A DNA stretch of 64,000 bases, taken from positions 12,225-76,224 of the forward strand of contig JBLIRO010000001.1 of NCBI GenBank assembly GCA_049472335.1. Reading direction: 5' to 3'. Source of the DNA: a bacterium. Lineage in GTDB: Bacteria; SZUA-182; DTGQ01; JAFGSM01. The translations under genes and the position numbers were made by a program. A model generated the notes under the pieces. The model did no database searches and was not told the origin of the DNA. It saw only the letters and a list, made by a program, of their open reading frames with translations. Of the stretch, positions 48,901 through 55,520 are shown piece after piece (the stretch's first letter is position 1; the number at the start of each line of letters is the position of its first letter).

Positions 48901-51900
48901 GGTAATTGAACTGAGACAGGATTTCTGTATGTCCCGATATTTTCGGGAAGATCGTTTATTAAACCTGACCCGTCAGAAGGAGCGTATTGGTCAATCCCTT
49001 CATCAGGCCAAACAACACTATTAACCATGCCATGAATGTTATAGTTGAACTGGGTAGTCCTGCCAAGAGGATCGGTTTTAGATGTCATAAGATGTTGGTT
49101 ATCATAAGTGAAATTTGTGTTTGATCCATCCGGAGCAATGATTTTAATAAGGTTATTGTCAGCGTCATGGCTAAATTGTGTAGTCCTTCCGGCAGGATCG
49201 CTGATTGAAGCAAGGTTATGGCCGTTGTAAGTAAAAGCAGTAACAAGATCTGCCGGATCGGTAATACTTGCCAATCTGTCATTTGCATCATAGGCATAAG
49301 TTGTGGTCCGGCCATTGGTGTCTGTCTTGGAGGTCTGGAGTCCCTTAGCATTGAATTGATACGTTGTACCATCTTTCATAATGCGGGTGTAGGTGCCATC
49401 ATCATGGCGGGTGAGTTTGGAATAATCTCCTTCAGGTGAAGAAAGTTCCGAAGTTCTAATTCCAAATCCGATATCCTTTATTATCCTGATGCAGTGATTT
49501 ATCAAGTCAGCAATATATAAGTTTCCTGCTCCATCAATTTTTACCATCCTCGGCCAATCCAAGTCTGCCTCAGTCGGGGGGCCTCCATCTCCTGAATAAC
49601 CCCTAGTTCCTGTTCCTGCTATAGTGGTAATTATACCATTGGGATCTACACGCCGTATTCGATTATTACTAAAGTCAGCAATATAGATATATGATCCGTC
49701 AACTTCTACTCCACAGGGATTTCTGAGACACGCCTGTGTAGCAGGGCCCCCATCTCCTGAATAACCCCTGATTCCAGTTCCTGCTATGGTGGTGATTATA
49801 CCGGTAGAGGTGTCCACTCTTCGTATACAACTATTATCCCTGTCAGAAATATACAGATTTCCTGCGGCATCGGTTTCTGCATTAAAGGGACGATTTAAGC
49901 TTGCCTGTGTAGCAGGACCTCCGTCTCCTGAATAGCCCCTGATTCCATTGCCTGCATAAGTAGTGATGATACCGGCAGGATCTATTCGCCGCACACGGTC
50001 ATTTTCTCTGTCAGCAATATATACATTTCCTGCTGCATCAACTGATATCCCTGTCGGAGAGTTAAAGCTTGCCTGTGTAGCAAGGCCTCCGTCTCCTGAA
50101 TATCCTGCTGTTCCGGTACCTGCTATAGTGGTGATGATACCGGCGGGATTTATTCGCCGTATGCTATGATTACCATAGTCAGAAAAATAGATATTTCCAG
50201 CTCTATCAACCGCAATTCCCCAGGGATAAAATATACTTGCCTGTGTAGCAGGCCCGCCGTCTCCTGAATAGCCTATCGTTCCTGTCCCTGCTATAATGCT
50301 GACTACACCAGTGGGGTCGACTCGCACTATGCGTTGGTTATTAGAGTCTGCAATATAGAGATTTCCTTCTGCATCGGCTGCTATCCCATTAGGAGTGTTA
50401 AAGGTTTCCTGTGTAATCGGACCTTGAAAATCTTTTACATAAGTTTTAATGGTGCCTCCAGTATCAAAATACAATTTTTCTCCTGAACCTGAGACAAGCG
50501 TGACATAGTTATCATAAGAATTGCCATAGATCCTTTGCAGTTCGGCAATACTCCAACCTGCACCAATCGGACTGTTAATCCGGTTATCAATGCTGATTTT
50601 GCCCTTAAATTCCCTTTTTAAAGGAAAATCTCGTGGTGCCCGTATAGGATTACCCAGACTATCTAAGACTAATCCCCCCGACTGGGAGGCAAACCATGGA
50701 GCAGCATTGTAATAAGCGGGACACCAATTAATTAGCTCGATAAGATAAGGAAAGCCGCCGGAGGGCAGCTTTTCTCCTCTAAAATTTGTTCCATCAAATA
50801 AATACCTGAAGCTTATATTGTCATTTTTGGGTAAAAAGACACGGCTTGTGTTTATCCCGCCTATATTTACTTTGAATTCTACCTTTTCAATTAAGGCCAC
50901 CTGATTTGAGTCCATTTCATATTCCAGAGAAATCATCGCCTTGGGATCGGCAGAATTGCTTCTATAGAAAAGTGATACGGTATGAGAGGCCCCTATTGAA
51001 TTGTATGCCGGCAGATGATAATCCTCAATCAATTCCCCGTCTTTATAGATGACTTTGCATCCTCCCTTTCCATCCTTATCACTGGATGCAGGGTTATTTT
51101 TTTTTCGACTGGTGTTTTTTACCGGTATTTTTTTTAGTGCTTCGGAGCTTGATGAAGGCCTTGAACCATAGTTTAAATCATACGAACTGAAGTGGACTAC
51201 AAAATACTCCATATATTTTCCATCTTCTGTGATCACACCCATGCCATCGGGAACCCATCTTCCCAGATCCTTACGATAATAGCCCACCGGTACAGGGGTG
51301 CCGGGAGCAAAACCAAGGGAATTTTCTACCAGTATTCGCGTGGGTTTCTCCAAGGTCAAGCCGTCAGGTGTTAGTTTAACAGCAGTGGTAAAATGAGAAG
51401 TAGGGGGCAAATCACCAGGAAGCTCTCGATTGTCGTAGAGCCGCGTAGCTGAAACATTAACTGCTTCTGTCACGGAATTAACCTCAAAATGGAGCTCAAC
51501 ATCACCGGTAGAATTAATCAGTGTTCCTCCATCCTCGGGCGTAATTGTAACAGTTACCGGATCAATGGGAACAAGGTAAATAGGTTCAACTGCAAAATCA
51601 TACCCTGATTGGACATGAATTCGCCTTTGGGCATAAGTGTATCCTTCTTTTTCAATCAGGATTAGATAAAACCCTTCTTTTGGAGTAGGGAAAGAAAATT
51701 TCCCATTTGCATCTGTCATCATCTGGCCCACATTGGCCATTTTAATGGTTGCACTCTCTAAAGGTGCTTCAGTTCTGGCATCAAAGACCTCACCATCGAT
51801 AAAGCCTGATTTTTCAACGATAGTTGGAGTAAGATAGCATAGATCAGATCCATTACAATCCTCATCAATGCCATTACATTGAATTTCAGTTGCGCCAGGA

Positions 51901-53120
51901 TATGCCCCGGGATTTTGATCATGACAGTCTCCGCTCTCTGCCGTATAGCCATCGAAGTCCAGATCTGCCAGGTGAGGAGATGGTGCATCCTTGCCATCAC
52001 AATTTTCATCAATGCCATTCTCGGGAAAATCTGTGGCACCAGGGAAGACAGCAGGATTATTATCATCACAATCCCCTTGCCCAACTGACCAAAGATCTCC
52101 ATCGGCATCATTCAAAACACACGGAAGGTCCTCTCCGCTGCAATCCTGATCTGTATTGTCCTCACATATTTCCGCAATTCCGGGATTAATATTTGGATCG
52201 TTGTCATCACAATCTTGTGGTCCACAAGTACTTCCTTCAATAGAGAAGCCGTCACCATCGGTATCAGTACAACATATCGAATCCTTTCCATTGCAGTCCT
52301 GATCAATACCGTCTTCACAGATCTCAGAAGCGCCAGGGAAAATACTGGCATTGTTGTCATCACAGTCGCCTCCGCAGGTAGTAATATTATCTCCATCTGA
52401 ATCAAAGCCCTCATCTGTTAATGCATTGCAATTATCATCAATATTATTGCAGATTTCGTTGGCATCCGGATTTATATTTGGATCGGTATCATTGCAATCC
52501 CGAGGACCACATAAACCACTTTCAATGGCAAAACCGTCTTCATCAAAATCAGTACAAACAATAGGTCCTCCACTCCCATCAACAATTAACAGGGTTTTGT
52601 TATCTGTATTACTTAGGAGAATCCAATATCCTTTGGAAGGTTCAAGATATTCGGATTCAAGGATTCGTTTATATCCAATCCCTCTTACATAGCCATATAT
52701 CACTTCAATATTGCCATTTTGCACTGAAGCCTTAGCAGGACATGTACAACCACCAATCATAAGCCATCCATCCTCAGATATTGTTTGGTTATACGATTGA
52801 AAGATTGTACCGTTTACACTATATGCTTGGTTTTGATCTAATAGTATCCAATAGCCCTTACCACTCTCGAGTTCTTCATTGTCGGCAACTCGAACATACC
52901 CTATCCCCTTTTTATAACCATAAATAACAACTGCACCAGGGAACAATGATGAAACATAGGCGTTTACAGGTATAACTGGAAGTGAAATCATACTCCAACC
53001 TGCAGGGAAATCCAGATTATTACTTATATTTTCTGCTCCGGCATAAGGAAGATAAACTATTAATAAAGCTATCAATACAAAACAAAAAGACATATAAAAG
53101 ACATTAGTGTTATTTTTCAT
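45948..53120 (-). CDS. Giant secreted teneurin-like polymorphic-toxin protein: Cys-rich MopE-type repeats + carboxypeptidase-regulatory (TTR-like) domain + NHL beta-propeller + YD-repeat shell + RHS core + C-terminal variable domain
   Basis: The 2390-aa product has a signal peptide from the ATG at 53120 (RBS GGGGA). It carries five DxDGDG...DCDD...CDGxDxDC repeats. The NHL repeats read …NLYIADxxNxRIRRVD…IAGTG…GYSGDGGPAT. There are many YD repeats (YTYDxxGN). The RHS core ends …YYDPKIGRFLTPDPIGFAGGDINLYRYVGNNPVNFVDALGL, followed by about 170 aa of unrelated C-terminus. Confidence 0.85.
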   Translation of the reverse strand: MKNNTNVFYMSFCFVLIALLIVYLPYAGAENISNNLDFPAGWSMISLPVIPVNAYVSSLFPGAVVIYGYKKGIGYVRVADNEELESGKGYWILLDQNQAYSVNGTIFQSYNQTISEDGWLMIGGCTCPAKASVQNGNIEVIYGYVRGIGYKRILESEYLEPSKGYWILLSNTDNKTLLIVDGSGGPIVCTDFDEDGFAIESGLCGPRDCNDTDPNINPDANEICNNIDDNCNALTDEGFDSDGDNITTCGGDCDDNNASIFPGASEICEDGIDQDCNGKDSICCTDTDGDGFSIEGSTCGPQDCDDNDPNINPGIAEICEDNTDQDCSGEDLPCVLNDADGDLWSVGQGDCDDNNPAVFPGATDFPENGIDENCDGKDAPSPHLADLDFDGYTAESGDCHDQNPGAYPGATEIQCNGIDEDCNGSDLCYLTPTIVEKSGFIDGEVFDARTEAPLESATIKMANVGQMMTDANGKFSFPTPKEGFYLILIEKEGYTYAQRRIHVQSGYDFAVEPIYLVPIDPVTVTITPEDGGTLINSTGDVELHFEVNSVTEAVNVSATRLYDNRELPGDLPPTSHFTTAVKLTPDGLTLEKPTRILVENSLGFAPGTPVPVGYYRKDLGRWVPDGMGVITEDGKYMEYFVVHFSSYDLNYGSRPSSSSEALKKIPVKNTSRKKNNPASSDKDGKGGCKVIYKDGELIEDYHLPAYNSIGASHTVSLFYRSNSADPKAMISLEYEMDSNQVALIEKVEFKVNIGGINTSRVFLPKNDNISFRYLFDGTNFRGEKLPSGGFPYLIELINWCPAYYNAAPWFASQSGGLVLDSLGNPIRAPRDFPLKREFKGKISIDNRINSPIGAGWSIAELQRIYGNSYDNYVTLVSGSGEKLYFDTGGTIKTYVKDFQGPITQETFNTPNGIAADAEGNLYIADSNNQRIVRVDPTGVVSIIAGTGTIGYSGDGGPATQASIFYPWGIAVDRAGNIYFSDYGNHSIRRINPAGIITTIAGTGTAGYSGDGGLATQASFNSPTGISVDAAGNVYIADRENDRVRRIDPAGIITTYAGNGIRGYSGDGGPATQASLNRPFNAETDAAGNLYISDRDNSCIRRVDTSTGIITTIAGTGIRGYSGDGGPATQACLRNPCGVEVDGSYIYIADFSNNRIRRVDPNGIITTIAGTGTRGYSGDGGPPTEADLDWPRMVKIDGAGNLYIADLINHCIRIIKDIGFGIRTSELSSPEGDYSKLTRHDDGTYTRIMKDGTTYQFNAKGLQTSKTDTNGRTTTYAYDANDRLASITDPADLVTAFTYNGHNLASISDPAGRTTQFSHDADNNLIKIIAPDGSNTNFTYDNQHLMTSKTDPLGRTTQFNYNIHGMVNSVVWPDEGIDQYAPSDGSGLINDLPENIGTYRNPVSVQLPHDDLYTDPEGNMTHMKTDKYGRLLSKTDALNNVTTYERDTESGNVTKIHTPDGATVQKGYDDKGNLLFYTDREGNTTIYTYESTFNKVKTITDPLGRVTTFNYDTKGNPVKVTNPIGHTTTMTYYSNGLVHTITNANGATTTYEYDSFGNMIKKTDALGNVTSYTYDAAGNIISVTDSLGHITTYAYDAMNNLTNLIDPEGGQISFTYDAMGNRISMTNANGNTTQYQYDSKDRLVKIIDPLGNEITYTYDNNDNILTSMDAKGATTAYEYDALNRLIKETDPLGNQTTYTYDAMGNRISMTNAKGNTFYYEYDLENRMIKTIDPLNGQTTFVYDGNGNLLAITDAKGQTTTFSYDNLNRKVSMTNPLGEQEFYTYDKNGNLIQKTLYNSDKINYEYDSLDRMTKKILADGSMTTYSYDQVDNIIGITNPFSSLSFSYDNNNRPITARTAASAYQPQTTITYTYDSNGNRLSITDPYGSVTNYTYNELDSPTTITDPNGQTTSFTYDQNNRRTSKTLPNNLSSLYSYNSNGDLSSLNHNLDSFTISGYSYEYDAVGNRTKMTDLDGDHDYIYDKLNQLLQAAHPSIDTETFTYDTAGNRLSSALTSGWSYDTGNRLLDDGDFTYQYTNGCLTRKTNKSTGQATNYTYNSENRLIGINTSNNNIFYYYDGLGRRICKEVNGVKTYYIYDDEDIIFILNGSFNISSRYTHGLGIDEPIQMEQGDISYYYLFDALGSIVQVLDIYGNTQQEYTYDSFGNIVDQTSALNNPYTYTGREYDPESGLYYYRARYYDPKIGRFLTPDPIGFAGGDINLYRYVGNNPVNFVDALGLCKKPCKDDGRPLLSPKDETTERGNITSPKEILNNPAYWLDPSPKNQLPSDNEWITRDPSGNIIDEIGINRNPMVDPIPMISTMGAGLIWGAATGIATSISHKIVRGITIRTVTIAGGSIIDKTAPDHIHLPSPSFRRPQSGGVISAPHSPDPRFY

Positions 53121-53480
53121 AGCATTCCCCTTAAATAAATTTATTTCATTGCCATTAAATTTCATAAGGAATTGCTTTAAAATAAATAATGAATAGGATT
53201 TGCTTTCCTGTATAAAAGTATAAGCAGAGCTTTCGACTTTTGTTTAAAAAGCTCCTATCTGCATCGTATAGCTCATTTACTAAAATATGGAAGATTTTTA
53301 ATGTCTCACAAACATATCAAATCGCTTGCAAAAAAACAACTGTAGAAGCAGTTTCCAACTAATTATTTTTTTTATAAACTTTTATCCTTCGGTGTGATCC
53401 ATAGATCATGAGTGTTTAGCAAAAGATGAATCTGGTAAATTTCAATCTCTGGCTAAGAAAAAAGAGATAGATGAAATCAT

Positions 53481-53567
53481 CTATCTCTTTTTTGCAATGA
53501 ATAAGGCATTGATATCATTATCAGTAAAATAATGGATTGCCAGCCTTAATATTAGTCTTGGTCTTCA
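53481..53567 (-). CDS. Tiny ORF (28 aa, GTG start) VKTKTNIKAGNPLFYCNDINALFIAKKR, a paralogue of the neighbouring 19-aa ORF
   Basis: The SD GGGGGTG lies 9 nt upstream. The N-terminus matches the 53655-53714 ORF with mainly synonymous differences. The 3' end overlaps an A/T-rich palindrome (53458-53493). Confidence 0.35.
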
Positions 53568-53654
53568 CTTTTAATTCACCCCCTTTTTATTGGAAGAAGA
53601 ACGTGTCACAAGGTCTTTTTCAATATATAATCTTGAGTTTTAAAAGATTAGTGT

Positions 53655-53714
53655 TTAGTATGACCACCAGGGTTTGACATCCACTCCGGCTTTAATGTAG
53701 GTTTTGGTCTTCAT
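53655..53714 (-). CDS. Tiny ORF (19 aa) MKTKTYIKAGVDVKPWWSY with a strong Shine–Dalgarno site
   Basis: The SD AGGAGGTG lies 7 nt upstream of the ATG. The paralogue 90 nt downstream conserves the first 10 aa. Confidence 0.45.
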   Translation of the reverse strand: MKTKTYIKAGVDVKPWWSY

Positions 53715-53885
53715 TCCAATTCACCTCCTTTTTTGCTTTCTGATTTAATAGACGAACAAAAATTATTTTTTCCTTTTTAGATTTTTTATTTTGGGACAAG
53801 CTGATTTTTTTCTACTGCAGAATGACCTTTTACGATCCTATCATTACTGAGAAATCATGGGAATTTGCCTATTGGGAAAAAAACA

Positions 53886-53915
53886 CTTGCATACGTCTAT
53901 TAGAATGAGATATAA
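53886..53915 (+). promoter_or_regulatory. Candidate sigma70-type promoter (TTGCAT-N18-TATAAA) for the HlyD–ABC cassette
   Basis: Hexamers spaced 18 nt apart lie about 30 nt upstream of the ATG at 53946. Confidence 0.25.
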
Positions 53916-53945
53916 AAATCATAGTTGACAAAACAGGGAGATTTT

Positions 53946-55496
53946 ATGTCCTTTACCCGGTCCCTCAGATTTATATATACTGAAAGATCTCGTCTTCCTT
54001 TATGGGGAATCTTTATTCTTATCATTCTCCTTACCTGCTGGATGGTATGGTTTTCTTCCGTAAAGATTCCCATTTATACAATGACGGATTCAGCCCGCCT
54101 AGAAGTGGATCAGGCTTCACACCCCATACAAACATCCATTGATGGAAAGATCACAGAGATTTCCATGAAGCTCGGACAGGAGGTCCAGGTTGGAACAATC
54201 CTGGTCAGATTGGATGATCAGTCCCTTCAGTTGAGAAGAAAAGAAGCGCTGGACCGGTTCAACTCTCTCTCCGCCGAAGCATCGGCCCTGGAAAAACAGA
54301 TATCCCAGGAAGAAATGCTCCTTGAAGAGGAAGGAAAAATCGTCCTTATAAAACTTCAGGAGGCGCGATCCCGTTATCAAGAAGGAGAGATAGCGGCAGT
54401 ATTCGCGGAGGATGAAGTCAAACGTTTAAACAAGCTTTTCACCCAGGGGGCACTATCTGAGTCAAAACTTTTACACGCTAAATCCGAAGCCGAAAAGAAA
54501 AGGGCGTCTGCAGAAGCGCTTCGTATCGCCCTTGACAGGCTAAGAGGGGAATGTCAGGTCCAGGAGAAGAGACGCCAAACGCGCTTGAGTCAACTCAGGC
54601 AGCAACTGCTTCACATTCAGGGAGAGATTCAGAACAGCGCCACGGTAATGGAGCAGCTCGACTGGGAGATTGAGAAGCACCTTATCAGGACTCTGGTGGC
54701 CGGCGAAATTGCCGAGATTGCCGACCTTCATCTCGGGATGTTTATTGAAGAAGGATATAGGCTAGGCGCCATTCTGCCCCAGGGCAAGCTCCGTGTGGTG
54801 GCATATTTTGAGCCGGCAGTCGCCCTTGGCAAGGTTCACCCCGGCCAGAAGGCTCATCTGAGGATGAAGGGCTTTTCCTGGCTGGAATACGGCCGGGTGG
54901 CGGCAAGGGTCCAGAAGGTAAGCCAGGAGATCCGCCACGGACAGTTGCGGGTCGATCTGGAGGTCGACGATAAGGACAGCCCCATCCCTCTGCAGCATGG
55001 TCAGCCGGTAAGGGTCGAGATTGAAACCGAAAGGATTACCCCAGCAACACTGGTTCTGCGAAAAGCGGGAAATGTCTTTTCCCCCGGGTCTCCTTCCGTT
55101 TCCATCAATAATCATTCCCTGACCGTGGAAGTTGTTGCCACCAGAGCAGCAAGACAGCGGGGCCTGATGTACCGGGAAATGCTTCCGGCCGATCATGGGA
55201 TGTTGTTTGTTTTCCCAAGGGAAGGCCCTCTTTCATTCTTGATGAAAGATACGTTTATCCCGCTCAGTATAGCCTTTCTTAATTCCGAAGGGATCATCCT
55301 GAAGATTATGAAAATGTATGTTGAACCTACGAATAATGAAGCGTTGTCTAGAACATATGCCACGGACCCTCATGCGCCTGCTATGTATGCCCTGGAAGTG
55401 AATCAGGGCTGGTTTGAAAGCCATGGGGTTAGACGTGGAAACCGGGTAAAAGGTCTCAAACGATTGAATATCGGCTTTGTAGAATCCCAGGCCTGA
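53946..55496 (+). CDS. HlyD-family periplasmic adaptor (type I / bacteriocin secretion) fused to a C-terminal DUF192/UPF0127 domain
   Basis: The N-terminal TM helix, lipoyl-like domain, long coiled coil and beta-barrel are typical of HlyD. The C-terminal ~110 aa (…RGLMYREMLPADHGMLFVFPREGPLSFLMKDTFIPLSIAFLNSEGII…YALEVNQGWF…GNRV) match the UPF0127/DUF192 consensus. Confidence 0.75.
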   Translation: MSFTRSLRFIYTERSRLPLWGIFILIILLTCWMVWFSSVKIPIYTMTDSARLEVDQASHPIQTSIDGKITEISMKLGQEVQVGTILVRLDDQSLQLRRKEALDRFNSLSAEASALEKQISQEEMLLEEEGKIVLIKLQEARSRYQEGEIAAVFAEDEVKRLNKLFTQGALSESKLLHAKSEAEKKRASAEALRIALDRLRGECQVQEKRRQTRLSQLRQQLLHIQGEIQNSATVMEQLDWEIEKHLIRTLVAGEIAEIADLHLGMFIEEGYRLGAILPQGKLRVVAYFEPAVALGKVHPGQKAHLRMKGFSWLEYGRVAARVQKVSQEIRHGQLRVDLEVDDKDSPIPLQHGQPVRVEIETERITPATLVLRKAGNVFSPGSPSVSINNHSLTVEVVATRAARQRGLMYREMLPADHGMLFVFPREGPLSFLMKDTFIPLSIAFLNSEGIILKIMKMYVEPTNNEALSRTYATDPHAPAMYALEVNQGWFESHGVRRGNRVKGLKRLNIGFVESQA

Positions 55497-55520
55497 CCTG
55501 ACACACACAGGATTTTTTAA

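Noticed and set aside
46285-52692. Numerous small ORFs on both strands inside the YD-repeat gene
   Set aside because: They are shadow ORFs of the repetitive YD/NHL coding sequence.
53121-53165. Upstream alternative start (MKFNGNEINLFKGNA) for the giant YD-repeat gene
   Set aside because: It has no RBS, whereas the ATG at 53120 is preceded by GGGGA and starts a canonical signal peptide.
53481-53714. Interpreting the tiny ORFs as classical double-glycine leader peptides
   Set aside because: A 10-aa conserved N-terminus ending in Ala-Gly is much shorter than known GG leaders (~15-25 aa with an LSxxELxxIxGG pattern). They are kept as a finding but not called bacteriocin precursors.
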